From assembly GCA_051294375.1 (NCBI GenBank), contig CM119265.1:26462338-26526337 (forward strand): DNA of 64,000 nucleotides. The letters run 5' to 3'. The notes under the pieces were generated by a model that was given only the letters and a program-made list of their open reading frames with translations, ran no database searches and was not told where the DNA came from. Position 1 is the stretch's first letter. Every line of letters starts with the position of its first letter. Shown one piece after another: positions 40,621-55,458 of the stretch. The DNA comes from Paraspadella gotoi (Eukaryota > Animalia > Chaetognatha). Both the position numbers and the translations under genes were made by a program.

Positions 40621-41329
40621 GTTTTCGACGTCATTTTATTTTTCTTTCTGAATTTTCTCCCATTTTTTTTTCTTCGGTTGAAGAATCACTTTCTTCATTT
40701 TTTCCCTCTCATTCATGAATCTTTTATTCATGCAAGTTTAATTTCATTTATACTTAAATCTTTAAATATCATTTTTGGGTATGTTTTACGATTACTCGCC
40801 GATAAATTGGTACATAAATTTGCATTAGCAATATATTTATTTTGTACCCTCTTTTACGAGTTCACTCGTTTCACCATAATTATATAATGTTATATTCTAC
40901 TAATATTTTTGTATCATATCTTCTTTCTCATCTACCCAAAACACTCTTCTTCCGTGCTTTCTTTATCCTACCTTTCTATTCTACCTTTCTTTATCCTACC
41001 TACCTATCATTCTCTTTTATCCAATACAATCTTCAATCTTCATCCCTCCTTTCCTTTTTCCTTCACATCTCTTCATTTCTCTTTCCTCTCCTCCCATTCT
41101 CCTTCGTTCCTCCTCCCTTCCTCCCTTCCTACCTCCCCCCTCCCTCCCTTTCTCCCCCTTCTCTCCCCTTCCCTATCTCCCTCCCTTCTCTCCTCTTCCC
41201 ACCAAACAAAACGGCCAAAACCGAATTATTAATGTTTTCTTTGCGAATAAATAATAACAGAAAAAAAAAAACCTTCCATCATGATGAATTACTTATCCTT
41301 TTCCCATTTTTTTCTACACCTTTTCAACG

Positions 41330-41655
41330 TCGAGCCCTCTTTCGGGTTTTTTTAAGTCACTTTTCGGTCTGTCTGTCGGTCGGTCTGTCCCACTTACTTA
41401 AAAATGTACATAATTTTTCTAGATAGTTAATTGCTCATTTGTTAAGACAGAAAAAGAACCAAATTTAATGGACTGTTAGCGCCGCCTTCAGGAAATCTTA
41501 AAACTATAAATAATAAAAGACGGAATTCCGATGCAGTGTGTGTCATGAATAAACAGGCTAGAAAGATGTTCGTAGTCATGCAGTCATGTCATGTCGCGTC
41601 ATATCACGTCATGTCACTGCGGCGCAACACATTGGATGAACCGACCTTGTTTCTT
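41330..41655 (+). mobile_element. Helentron-associated (HINE/DINE-1-like) non-autonomous element
   Basis: Clearly similar to 58208-58590; AAGTCAC followed by a (GTCG/GTCT)n microsatellite, (CATGT)n run, and CCGACCTTGTTT end. Confidence 0.5.
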
Positions 41656-41814
41656 TCTCAATTTATTTTTAACGCTTTCGCTTACCTTCTCCCTTCTTTA
41701 AAATCACACGATATCTGTTGCCCACATTCTCTTCCCTACGTCAATTCCACAACTCTGACCAACTCGTCCCCACACCCCGATCCCCACCCCTCACTTTTAC
41801 GCCACCAACCACAG

Positions 41815-42017
41815 GAGGCGTGGACAATGCCCTTCGCCTTCTGCACTCGCGAGAAGACGCCGTGGTGCGAGTTCGCCGAGTCCGCCGAAGATGGCGCCAC
41901 CACGCGTCTCTGTCAGAAATTGGCGCGGCGCCACAACTGCGTCATCATTTCCCCGATTTTGGAGAGAGACGTGGATCACGGGGAGACGCTGTGGAACACC
42001 GCCGTGGTCATTTCAAA
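41815..42017 (+). CDS. UPB1: Beta-ureidopropionase exon 4 ([27 protein letters not shown]...LWNTAVVIS)
   Basis: Highly conserved UPB1 signature with the catalytic Glu; phase 0 to 2. Confidence 0.97.
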
Positions 42018-45000
42018 GTCAGTGGGGGAGTTGAAAGTGTGGATAATATTGTGGGCCCGTGGGCTGTTTCTCGATGAGAGTGGTCGTCAACTCTGACTGT
42101 GAGATTCTTGATTGAAAGCCTTTCAGAATTCCTTTCCAAAGTTAATTGAATGAATTTTTTTTTTTTTGGTTAATGGTTATAACAATTTCATAGATGCAGT
42201 AGATTTGGCGAAGATGAAAATAATATGTTGGTGAAAAAGATGATATTGATTTAGAACCAAAAGCACAACAGATGGATTGTCGATTAATTTTCCATTTAAA
42301 TACTAAGTCGACACAAAAAACTAACTTCGACTCTGCCTTCCGCTACACTTACTTAGGGAGGGCCGAACAACACATGTCACACCAAATTCCCTCCTTCCAG
42401 AACCATTAGAACCCCTCTACCTCCCTTCCTTTCCTCTTTCCTCTTTCCTTTTCTCTCGTTATTACCTCTAATTCAAGCGATGACCATATGTCGTCATTTG
42501 CTGGTTGCGCTTCGACGAAAAGGTAATCAAAGCGAAAAGGCTGACATCAGTCTTTCTCTCGCCATCTGTCCGTTTCAGCTCCACTGATTCCGTTTACTCT
42601 TCTACAATAAAATTGGTACAACCGAAATAAAATAATACTTCATTCAATAAATAAGCTATCTTGACCCTGACTTTGAACAGGCTATGGTGGTTTAAGACTT
42701 CCATCACTCTTACAAGATGACGATATAACTAGTCCCCTGCAAGCTTTCAATCAAGACTCTCTCGCGTCTCGTTTATAGTCGCCCGAGTACCTGGTATCAT
42801 ATATTTCAAAGAGAGTTTCAATGTAGAAAAAGATTACTCTTAACTTAAGACTTAAGCATTATATTTGACTCAAATCTACAATTCGTCAATCTGGTTTTAG
42901 ATTTAAGATTTCGCAGCATTTTTGAAATGCGGCCAATTTTAGTGTGAAGGTGTTTTCCCTTCACGCCCCCGTGGAGTCACTCGTTCTAGACGTCGCACGT
43001 TCCTTGTCGAGTGACGAAGGATCTTTTCCGACTGAATACTTGAATCTTTTTGATGAATATCGAGTCGAATTCTGATGAATATTAAGACGCGAAAGGTTTC
43101 CAAATATTTTTAATCAAGTATTTTAAAAAAGTCCCGTAGACTGTAATCAGAACGGTGAAACCGTTTTAATTGAGTCAAAGTAAAACTAAAGACGGTAGTT
43201 CCTCTCTGTAAATTTTGATGTGACCAAACAAAGATATCGACCGACAGGTCAAATACGACTCAGATAGAAATAAAAACGTAAACAGAGAGGAGAAAAAAAA
43301 GAGGTAAAATGTAGGGACGCGCATAATATTTCACACTTAGATTTATATTAATTTAGCTTTTAAGTTCGGTTAAACATAAATGTAGTTTTAGGCCATAAGT
43401 GGTTAGAGTTAATAATTAAGAATATATAATAATATCCCCGTACATAACGGTATGATCTCTTGACTTACACAAAGAGCGACCGGATCACAACCGGGAATAC
43501 GATATCTGACTACTTGATGAGCTGTGAGAACTGATCTACGCTCACCCTCTATTCCTTCCTCTTCCTCCTTTCTCCCTCTTTCCTCCTTCATCCCTCCTCC
43601 TTCTTCCTCTTCCGCCCTCCTCCTTCTTCTCCTTCCTCCCTTCTCCTTCTTCCTTTCTCCCCTCCTTCTTTTCTCCTTCCTCCCCCCTCCTCCTCCTCCC
43701 TCCTCCTTTCCTCCTTCTTCTCCTCCTCCCTCCTCCTTCTTCCTCTTCCTCCTCCTCCTTCTTTCTCCTTCCTACTTCCTCCTCCTCCATCCTCCTTCTT
43801 CCTCCTCCTTCTACCTCCTTCCTCCTTCCCTCCTTCTTCCTCCATCCTCCTCCACCCTCCTCCCTCTTTCTCCTCATCCTTCTCCTTCCTCCTCTCTTTC
43901 TTCCTCCTTTTCCCTCCTCTCTTCCCTCCTCCTCTTCTCCTTCCTCCCTCCTCCTTCTTCCTCCCTCATCCCTCTCCTTCTTCCTCCCTCCTCCCTCTCC
44001 TTCTTCCTCCCTCCTCCTTCTCCTCCTTCCTCCTCTTCCTCCTTCAATCCTTTTTTTGAGCGACTGACAGGTTTACACCAAAAAAAAAAAAAGAAAATCA
44101 GCGGCGGCGTCAATTTAAAGAGAGTCGCGCTGCGTCGCTGCTCAGCCGCTTTTGTTTACTGCGGCGGCTGACGCTATTCCAGCGGCTAATTTCCACCGAC
44201 TGTCCCTGATGCGTTTAGCCGTCGAAGCTCCTACGGTGGCGACCAATCCGCTAGAGCACGCCGCTGGAGCAATCGCAGTTCGCTCCAGCGAACATCGATC
44301 GAGTTTGTTACTTCTCCTATTTATTCGTGGAATCAAAACATCTGAGAAGCTGGGATTCTTTTTTTCTTTTCTTTTTTTCTTTTCTTTTTTTCCGAAAAGA
44401 GATAGAAAAAAAAATGATGATGTGAAGAATCAACTTTGGGAATCATTTGCGCGAATAATATTTAAAGACTTAAAAAGATTATATTGATCGGGAAAGAAGG
44501 ACAACGGACAAAAGACGGACGGACGGATGGATGGACAATTGGACATTCTAATTAATCGAACGATTAAGAGGACGCGCACAAAAAATCAAATTCTACGCAA
44601 CTTTATTGAGTGAAAAAAAATCATCAGATCAGAATGAGATAAAAATATTAATGAAAAGGTATTGAGCTGCCAAATGTTTATCAGTTTCTCAGACCCCCGT
44701 GCGATCAGTAAGTCGGTAAAAGCCTAATAAGAGTTTCTGGACTCTCAAAACATTATAATAACAAAAATTCGTGGGAAACATTTGAGATGCGAATCTAAGG
44801 ACTTGAAAAGGATATTTAACCCTCGCTCGGTTCCTTAAAGTTCAAAAACTTCCAAGACAAGGATCTGACGACAGAGTATCAGATTTTGACGAAAACACGT
44901 GGACTGAATCTCGCATTCAACGGTCAAGGAGTTAAACGAGACACATGCTGCAGTTTCGTTAAATTAAAATTAAAGAAAATATAATAATAATGAACTTAAA

Positions 45001-45044
45001 TGTTATCGCAATATGCAATAAGATTTTGAATCTACCAAAAATCT

Positions 45045-45132
<88 letters not shown>

Positions 45133-45225
45133 GTGTTTTGGTTTAATTTGGAAATCCTGAGCGAGAGAGCGAGACAGATTTTTTGTGGGGGATAAATTCT
45201 CCGTTACCGAGGTTGCCCTTTATTA

Positions 45226-45282
<57 letters not shown>

Positions 45283-45543
45283 GTCTCTCTTTCTCGCTCA
45301 AAGGAGTAAACTTTGAACTCAAATTTTTTCTAGTCGTATCTGAGGCAGCGTCTGACTGAAAAAAAAAAATCGGTTTTCAACTTTTTCGAAAATTAATTAA
45401 CTTTATTTAAAAGGTAAACTTAGTATAGTAGATATTTTTAAAATATTTTAATCACTCACTTTTTTAAGTTTTTTGATTAATATATATACAAAATTGAAAT
45501 TTATTCATAAAAAAAAAAACTGAAATCTTTCTTTATATCTAGC

Positions 45544-45608
<65 letters not shown>

Positions 45609-47847
45609 CTCTCTCTCATTCTCTGTTTATAACTTCACTAAATTTTCCTGATCAAAACAAGTCTCCTGCGACGCGATCACGGATTATGGAGCGCGGAAAT
45701 GTGCGGACGAGTGGAGGAGTAAATAAAGAAGAATGAAGAGAGAGAAGAGAGAAAGAGAGAGAGAGAGAGAGAGAGGAGAAGAGGAGAGAGAGAGAGAGAG
45801 AGACCCTCCAAATGAAGAAAAAACGGAAGCTGACAAATCACAACAACAACACCACCAAATCTCTCGCGTCCATTTTTTACAATAAACAAGAGACGCGTCG
45901 ATCACTTAAACGTGCGCATGCGCTTGTAGTGTTTAACGGTTGGTGGTCTTTTCTCCTTTTTCCCTTTTGTTTTTCCTTTCTTTTTTTCTCATTTTTGTTT
46001 TGGTTTCGTGACGAATCGTTTGCTGTCGTCGTTGTTGTTATTGTTGTTGTTATTGTTGTTGCTGTTGTTGGTTGTTTTTCTTTCGATGCGGGAAACCAAC
46101 GATTGATTAACGATTTCGGAGTAAAATGTGTTTTTTTTTTTTTTTTTTTTTTGTTTTATTTTTCAAATGAAAGGACGATTGTCGTTGTAATGTGAGGGTA
46201 AAAAGAATTAACTCAGTAAGAAAAAGAAAACTCCGCATATTTAATATATATAGTATATATATTATATATATATTATATACGTATGAACTTCTCTAAATTT
46301 TTTATGAAAATTTGCAAATTACTCGTTCACTATTATCTATATTATATTTTATGAAGGATTTACTATTTAATCTATATTCTTTAAATATATATTTTGCTTC
46401 TTAAACATTTTTTTACTTTCATCATTCTATAAAACTCATTTTGGAAGGGGAAGTCAGTGTTGTCTCTGGAAATAGAGGAGTATCTATACACACAAGGTTA
46501 GATTACAGATCTGTCCTAGTTTCTAATTGAATCACACATCATTCCTGTAATTCTGTAATTCCCGTTTGTTTTTTTAAAATTCTCACAATGTTTTCCTTCT
46601 ATTCGTCATTCGTCGAATTTTTTCTCATCAGTTCAAAATTGTCGCAAAAAAACAGTGAAAATCGTGGGAAAGTAATAACAGTCGCCGACAGTCGGAAACA
46701 GTCGTAAAAAAAAAAAATCTCCGTCGCCTCGGATTTTTTTATTTTTGACGCGTCGTTTCTTTATGTCGACGAGAGATGGGAGAGTGGTCGAAAGAGGGGG
46801 CTGAGGTGGAGAAAAGGGGGGCTGAGGTGGGGAAAAGGGGGCTGAGGTGGGGAAAAGGTGGGCTGAGGTGGGGAAAAGGGGGGGCTGAGGTGGGGAAAAG
46901 GGGGTTCATGTGGGGAAAGGGGGGCTGAGGTGGGTAAAAGTAAGCTGTAGGTGCGAAAGGTTGGCTGAGGTGGGGAAAAGGGGATTGCGGTGGGGAAAAG
47001 GGGGGCTGAGATGGAGAAAAGGTGGCTGGGTGGGCGAAAAGGGGCATGAGGTAGGGAAAAGGGGGCTGAGGTGGGAAAAAGGGGGCAGAGGTAGGAAAGG
47101 GGGGCTGAGGTGGGAAAAAGGGGGCGCGGGGGTGTTGAAGAGGGTTTAGTAGGGGAGAAGGGGAGGGGGTCGAAAAGGGTGGGCGGAAGTGGGGCGGGGA
47201 GTTAGGAGCGAATCTTTCTAGAAATTTGCGGGAAATTCCGCGTCTTTTTTCTCGCCACATAGATTTCCGTTTTGGTCATATTGATCTCTGTTTGTAGGAC
47301 GTTGGCGCAGGGGTTGGCGTTGCGCTGGCGCTGGATCGACTTTGCTATTTCTTGATTTCACTTGATCGCTTCTTGATTCCATAGGAACTGAGATGTCTGG
47401 GTCATTTGATATTTTGATATTTCATATTTTGATATCTTTATTTTTTATTTATTTTTTTTTTTGCTTTTTTATTGACCACAAGTTTCCCCTTTTTCACTTT
47501 TCCCTTTCGCCTCTTGCTTTTTATTTTCCCATTTTGCTTCTTATTCGTCATTTTTTCTCATTCTTTTCGCTTTCTTCCGCTTTTTTGTCTATGATTTCCT
47601 CTTAGCTTTATTATTTGCCTTTCGACTTTCCTTTGCTTTTTTTTTTTTTGCTTTCCTCTTTGCTCTTTTCCCCTAGTGCCTTTGCCATCTTGCCATCTTT
47701 GCAATAGTTACCATCGTTACCATCCCACGCGAAACTTTTTTTTATGTTTCTGTCCATAAACCTATGCGTTATTTGCTTCGGCTTCGTCCTTCGCCCCCCT
47801 CAGATTTACACAACAAGACGTTTTCGTGTCCTTTTCGATGATTGTCG

Positions 47848-47950
<103 letters not shown>

Positions 47951-48153
47951 TGTTTAACCGAATCCTTAGAGTCATCTTGTTACTCTGATCACAATCTCGA
48001 TAACCTTATTATTTCTTTCTTCTTTCTTTTCTTTTCTTTTCATTTCTTTCTTCTTTCTTTCTTTTATTCAATTTCGTGTTTAGTCGTTTCTTTATTTTTT
48101 CTCTACATTCACTCATTCCTTTCTGTCTAAAAGTGACCTTGACCTTTGCTGAG

Positions 48154-48268
<115 letters not shown>

Positions 48269-48524
48269 TCCTCTCTCGGGTCACAAATCCCCGGTAGAGA
48301 GCGAGAGCCCAGGTTTCAAGGCGCCTCCAAAAAAAATTTCCTCTTCAACATTTTTTTCCTTTTTCTCAGTCAAAGTTTTGCGGATCCATTTTTTATTTTT
48401 TCCTTATAATATATACTTGTTTGTTCTAATAATTTTTATTCAGGAGTTGAGTGAAGCATTTATTAGCTTCTATGAAATTAAAAGGGAATACAAAACAGGG
48501 AGAAATGATTAAGAGAGAGAGAAA

Positions 48525-48573
<49 letters not shown>

Positions 48574-48663
48574 CCAATATTTAATTGAATAATGTTGTGA
48601 ATATAAAAAAGTCTCAGATATAATTGCTGTTCCCTTCCTAGTATACTGTCTCTCTCTCTCTCT

Positions 48664-48764
<101 letters not shown>

Positions 48765-49223
48765 GCTCTCTCTCTCCTTCTCTCCTCTCTCCCTTCTATC
48801 TCCGCGATTTTCATAATTCGTAGTCAATTGTCATGCAATTACCAATTAACATATTCAGTGGAATTTTCTCAATCTTTTCTTTTCCTCCATTATTCTTCAG
48901 TTCTCCCCATCCTCTTCTTTAACGTCCTTTCTTCCTCCTTCCTCCCTTTCCTCTTTTCTCCGTCCTTCTTCCTCTACCTCTCCTCTTTTCGCCTCCTTTC
49001 TCCTTCCTCCTCTTTCCTCCTTTTCTCCTCCTCTTATCCTCTCCCACTCTTCTTCTACTTTCTTCCTGCTCCTCTCGTCTCCTTTCTTCACTTTCCTCCT
49101 CTCATCTCCCTCTCTTTCCTCCCTTTCCTCTCTTTCCTCCCTTTCCTCCTTTTCCTCCTTCCTCACTTTCCTCCCTTTCCTCCTTCCTCCTTTTCCTCCT
49201 CCTTCCTCCTCCAAAGCCAAGCC

Positions 49224-49939
49224 ATGTCCTCCCAACTCGAGTCTCTCGATTCTCTCCTGACGACCAACTTGAGCGGCGCCGATTTGAGCGAAGCGCGCCG
49301 CATTTTGTTCGGGCGCGAATTAACGCCGCTCTTCATCCCCAACGCCGCGAGAGAAAAGGGCGCCGCGGGGAATTTCGACGTCGTGGGTCACGTGATCGAC
49401 GCCGGGAGGAGGAACTGAGGCCGAAGAGGTGAAAGGCGCGGGTTTTGTTTTTGTTCGATTTGTTTTTTAGTTTTGTTTGTTTATTGTTTTTATTGTTTGT
49501 TTTATTTTTTTTAGTTTATTTTTTATTTAGTTTGATTTGTTTTTGTTTTGTTGTTTTTGGTTTTTGTTTGAATTGTCTGTTTTGTTTGATTTGTTTTTTT
49601 ATTTGTTTTGTTTGTTTGTTTTTTTTTTTTTTTTTTGTTTTTTATCCTTTTGTTTGTTTTATTTATTGTTAATTTTCTTTTTTTGGTTTGCTTAGTTCGT
49701 TGATTATTTATTTTTTAATTAACATAATTGTAAATTCAGATGTTTCTTGGTTTTTTTTTCCCGTGCACTCGTGCGTCTAAGAGGCTCGAACTCTCGACCT
49801 TTTGGACGCCACGTCGAGACCTCAGCCATCTGGATCTCATTTGCGGTTGCAGCTGTCGTTGTTGTTGTTGTTATTGTTGTCGTCGTTGTTGTCGTTGTTC
49901 TTGTCGTCGTTGTCGCCGCTAGGGTTGGCAATCTTTCCA

Positions 49940-49998
<59 letters not shown>

Positions 49999-51127
49999 CG
50001 AGAGAAGAGGAAAGAGAGAGAGAGAAAGAGTGGCAAACTGCAACAACTGAATAGAGAGAGATTCATTCATCGTCATTCAGTCATTCATCGTCATTCATTC
50101 ATTCATCGTCATTCATTCATTCATCGTCATTCATCCATTCATTCATTCATTCATTCGATTTTAGAATCGTGAAAATCGCTGCGGTGCAAAAATGCATTGT
50201 TCTTCCAACGACGGAACCAATAGCGAAGCAGAGAGAGGTCAAGTAATTTCCCATTTTATTCATTGCTCATTCATTGCTTTATCACTGATTTATTTTTTTT
50301 GCTTTATTCAATGCTACGTTTACTACTTTATTCACTGATTTGTATTACTTTTTTCATTTCTTTATTTATTGTTTATTTCTTGCTTTATTCGCTGCATCAT
50401 TCTTTGCTTTACTCACCGATTTATTTCGAAATAGTTTGAATAATTTATTACAAAATTCAAAATTCAGTTCAAAGTTCAGCTTCATTCCATTATGGTCAAA
50501 TTTGTTATGCCTTGGACTAAGGATAAGTTAGGCTAAGACATCCAACCCTCACGATATTTAACAGGGCAAGACCTTCCAAGATTTTAACCCCAGATTTTCT
50601 CATGTTAGCTATCATTCATTTATTCGTTCATTTATTTATTCACCATCTCGCTTCATATACAATTGATTGAATCATTTTCTCAATTTATTTCCTTGTTTAT
50701 TAATCCTCGCGTCTCCTTATTCAATATTTCTTCCTTTCCCTCCCCCCCCCCTTGTCCCGCCTAGGCCGATTATTATTGATCTTTTCCACGTGTTTACCTC
50801 CGACTCTTTTACCCTCTTATCTATTCCGATTTATAGCCCTGATTTATGGCAAGATTTATGGCGAGATTTATGGCGAGATTTATCCGCCTTTTTAAACTTT
50901 AGTCTTTTTTTTTCTCTCTCTCTCTCTTTCAGGCGCTTGCATCAAAGGATCTCGGAGATGGTCAGCGCTGCAGCGGATTGCGCGCCAATGTCGTTTGTTT
51001 GCAGGTCGGTCGGTCGGTCCCAAAAAAAATGACAACAACGACGACAAGGGCATTGCCTCGCCTCCGGTGAGATGAGGGACGAATATAGTACGTGGAACGA
51101 CTTGGATTGGGTGAAGATCGTGGAGAG

Positions 51128-51217
<90 letters not shown>

Positions 51218-51697
51218 GAGAAAGAGAGAGAGAGAGAGAGAGAGTCAATCGGCGAGAGAAGAGAGAAAAAAAAGCGACGAACCGGAAAATGGGCGTGGCT
51301 GTGGAAACGGAAAGAAAAGAGAAGAAGGAGGGAGGTATGGGAGTGTTGAAGGGTAAGGATCTGGGTGAGGCGATGAGTGAAGGATTATAAGGGATGGAAA
51401 ATTAGGGTAAGTGAATCTTTGTATCAAAGCAGCGTTTAAAGATATGGTTGTTGAAAGAGAAAAGGAATATTAAATGAAAGAAATTTAATATTAAAAACAA
51501 AAAGAATAAAAAAGTTAATTTAAAAAATACTTGAGGGATAAAATCTTAGTTGAGGCGACGACGACGACGACGACAACGACGACAACCAATGACCAAAAAG
51601 CGCAAGATCTTCGACGAGCCAAGAGAAACAATCGTTGCCAGAAAAAAAACAGTCAAGTGACGCTCTTCTCTCTCTCTCTCTCTCTCTCTCTTTCTTC

Positions 51698-51774
<77 letters not shown>

Positions 51775-51836
51775 CACCCGATTCTAATCTCTTTGGCCAT
51801 TCGTACTAATGTTTGAGAACATTCCTCCTCCTCCTC

Positions 51837-51868
<32 letters not shown>

Positions 51869-54609
51869 GTTTTCTCTCCAGCTTTTCTGCATTATTTTCT
51901 TTTCTTCTTTTTCTTTCTTTTTTTTTTTTCTCTAAATGTATCTTCTTACCTTCACTGTTTTCTTTTCACTGTTTCTTTTCTCCGCTTTGTTTTCCTTTTT
52001 GTTCCATTGCCTCGTCCCTCTGCTTGCTTTCCTTCTTTCTTTTTTTCTTTCTTTTTTTCTTTTTATTTCTTTCTTATTCTATTTTTTTTCCTCTTCAATT
52101 CTATTTCCCTATTTCTTTCTTTCCTTTTCTTTCCTTTTTTCCCCTCTTCCTTTCCTCCTTTTTCCTCCATTTCCTCTTCATCTTCCTCCATTTTCACGCA
52201 TTCTTCCTTCATTTTTCTCTTTTTTCTTCTTATTTGTTTGTGTTTTCGACGTCATTTTATTTTTCTTTCTGAATTTTCTCCCATTTTTTTTTCTTCGGTT
52301 GAAGAATCACTTCTTCATTTTTTTTCCCTCTCAATTCATGATCTTTATTCATGCAAGTTTAATTTCATCTATACTTAAATCTTTCAATATCATTTTGGGT
52401 ATGTATTACGATTACTCGCCGATAAATTGGTACATAAATTTGCATTAGCAATATATTTATTTTGTACCCTCTTTTACGAGTTTCACTCGTTTCACATAAT
52501 TATTAGGGCGTTTGAAAAATAACGAAATATAACAAATCAAGTGAGGCTACATAGCTATTTTAGTGTAATAAAGTCTGTAGAATTCGATGATGATAACCAT
52601 TTTTTTGTATAGTCTCATCTTCTTTGTCGGAAATGGCGATTTTTGCAGCATATAAGGTGCTATTAAAATGGAGCAAACATTGTAGAGTATAAGAAACTCA
52701 AATATTAAGATTTTATAAAAGCCATATTTAACTTACATAATATGAAAATAAAGACCCATATAAATATTTGGTAAGTTTATTTACAAATTTTATATTTTAT
52801 TAATAGTTTGTTAGCTATATTTATTAATAAATAATAATAAAAAATAAGCTAAAGTGAAAAAATAAAAATTTTAAAATTTAAAACCGGATTTGAATTCCTT
52901 ACAAAAAGTTAGTATAAGAAAGTATAATCCATTTTAAAAAAAATCTTTCATTAAGTAGGTTAAAAATATTAAAACTATTATTTTTGTTTAATTTTTTCAA
53001 TTTTTCGCTTAAAATTATAGTTTTTCTGAATTTTGACCAACTTAATGACATAATTTTGATATAAAAATTATATTTTCTTATATCAACTTTTCAAAGAATG
53101 CAAATCCATGAAAAAATTTTTGAAATTATTATTTTTTTAACTTTAGCCCAATTTTTACTCATAATTATTAATAATATAGTAACTAACTTTTATAAAACAT
53201 AAAATTTAAAAATAAACTTACCAAATATTTTTTATAAGTCTTATTTTTTATTTCAAAAGCTCATATAATTTTTAAAATTTAATAATTTATTTATCATAAC
53301 TTATAATGGTTTTGCTATTTATAACAAATTTTATAAACATTAAAAACCGCCATTTCCGACAAGAAAGATAAAATTATACAAAAAATGTCACCGCGAATTC
53401 TACAGACTACACTTACACTAAAAATAGTATGTACTCACTTGATTGTTATATTTTGTTATTTTTTCACGCTCTAATAATTATATAATGTTATATTCTACTA
53501 ATATTTTTGTCTCATATCTTCTTTCTCATCTACCAAAACACTCTTCTTCCTTGCTTTCTTTATCCTACCTTCTATTCTACCTTTCTTTATCCTACCTACC
53601 TATCATTCTCTTTTATCCAATACAATCTTCAATCTTCATCCCTCTTTCCTTTTTCCCTTCACATCTCTTCATTTCTCTTTTCCTCTCCTCCCATTCTCCT
53701 TCGTCTCCCTCTCCTTTCCTCCCTTCCTCCCTTCCTACCTCCCCCCTCCCCTCCCTTTCCTCCCCCTCTCTCCCCTTCCCTATCTCCCTCCCTTCTCTCC
53801 TTCTTCCCACCAAACAAAACGGCCAAAAACCGAATTATTAATGTTTTCTTTCCGAATAATAAAACAGAAAAAAAAAAACCTTCCATCATGATGATACTTA
53901 TCCTTTTCCCCATTTTTTTTCTACACCTTTTCAACGCGAGCCCACTTCGGTTTTTTTTTAGTCACTTCGGCTGTCTGTCGTCGTCTGTCCACTTACTTAT
54001 AAATGTACATAATTTTTCTAGATAGTTAATTCTCATTGTTAAGACAGAAAAAAACCAAATTAATGGACTGTTAGCGCGCCTTCAGGAAATCTTAAAACTA
54101 TAAATAATAAAGACGGAATTCCGATGCAGTGTGTGTCATGAATAAACAGGCTAGAAAGATGTTCGTAGTCATGCAGTCATGTCATGTCGCGTCATATCAC
54201 CGTCATGTCACTGCGGCCGCAAACACATTGGATGAACGACCTTGTTTCTTTCTCAATTTATTTTTACGCTTTCGCTTACCTCTCCCTTCTTTAAAATCAC
54301 ACGATATCTGTGCCACATTTCTCTTCCCTACCGTCAATTCCAACTCTGACCAACTCGTCCCCCACCCCCGATCCCACCCCCTACTTTTACGCCACCAACC
54401 ACAGGAGGCGTGGACGCGATGCCCTTCGCCTTCTGCACTTCGCGAGAAGACGCCGTGGTGCGAGTCGCCGAGTCCGCCGAAGATGGGCGCCACACGCGTC
54501 TCTGTCAGAAATTGGCGCGGGCGCCACAACTGCGTCATCATTTCCCGGCGATTTTGGAGAGAGACTGATCACGGGAGACGCTGTGGAACACCGCCGTGGT
54601 CATTTCAAA
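49224..54609 (+). pseudogene. UPB1: Frameshifted second copy of UPB1 exons 1-4 (49224-49428, 50165-50237, 50933-51004, 54405-54609); apparent pseudogene, more likely uncorrected read errors
   Basis: Near-identical to copy 1 but with 1-bp indels in every exon (e.g. GGGG to GGG in exon 1). Confidence 0.6.
52504..53473. mobile_element. 970-bp fold-back MITE with TAG...CTA termini and 8-bp TSD ATAATTAT (hAT-like)
   Basis: Empty site at about 40876-40883 in copy 1; TSD at 52496-52503 and 53474-53481; imperfect inverted arms traceable for about 450 bp (TGTCGGAAATGGCG/CGCCATTTCCGACA, AATATTTGGTAAGTTTAT/ATAAACTTACCAAATATT). Confidence 0.88.
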
Positions 54610-54693
54610 GTCAGTGGGGGAGTTGAAAGTGTGATAAATTGTGGGCCCGTGGGCTGTTTCTCGATGAGNNNNNNNNNNNNNNNNNNNNNNNNN

Positions 54694-54797
54694 AGTGGTC
54701 GTAAGATGAGAGTGGTCATAAGATAAGAGTGGTTGGAAGATGAGAGTGGTCGTAAGATGAGAGTGGTCGGAAGATGGGAGTGGTCGTAAGATAAGAG
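54694..54797. repeat. 17-bp minisatellite (AGTGGTCGTAAGATGAG), about 6 copies
   Basis: Tandem array; its first bases also form the duplication junction at about 42079-42087. Confidence 0.85.
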
Positions 54798-55458
54798 TTT
54801 TCAAAAATGAAGGTAGACCATGAATGTGTGAAGTGAAAAATATTTTTAATTGTAGTACAGTGGTAAACAAAAGTGCAACAAATGTGTGATAAATTATGGA
54901 AAGTTGACATGATTAAAAGATAAAGAATCTGAAAAGGAACTAAATATCTCGATGGCTCAGCTAATCAACAACTCTTGACTCAAGACAACTTCCTCTCTCT
55001 CTCTCTCGAAAGGCAAAGAGAGATTTCTAGTCTCGACCGATTTTAAGTCTTAATTGCTCTTCTGGTTTTTCGGTGTCTGGAATTCGAAGGAAGGAATCGA
55101 TGAAGTATCGTCGTCGTTGTCGTCGTTGTCGTCGTCGTTGTCGTTTGATTGGCCGTTTGCAGTCGACGATTTTCCGCGCCTTGATTGGTTTCCTCGTTCG
55201 CCATTGATTGTCTTCCGTGTTTTGTCACAAACAGAAGGGAACCGTTTGGCTGTTATCACCATTAGTCTTACCGTAATTGCTGCAACCAAAACGGCCATTA
55301 TCACCATTCTCGCTTAGAAAGCAATGTTACCGAAAGTAGCCAATAATCAGGCTTGGACAATCGCGCCAACGTAAAAAGAAAAGATCTCTCGATTTAACGA
55401 TGCTCTGTGAAAAAGTTCCTAGATGCATCTGCTGAACGATGGAGAAAAGAATAAAAGA

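Noticed and set aside
39699-41792. Inverted similarity SSPHPDPYPS (minus, about 39700) versus [10 protein letters not shown] (plus, about 41765) with third-position differences
   Set aside because: Both are degenerate C-rich hexamer tracts; the codon-like pattern follows from 6-bp periodicity.
49224-54609. A genuine UPB1 paralog or programmed frameshifting
   Set aside because: Indels are equally dense in introns and exons and favour homopolymers, consistent with read error.
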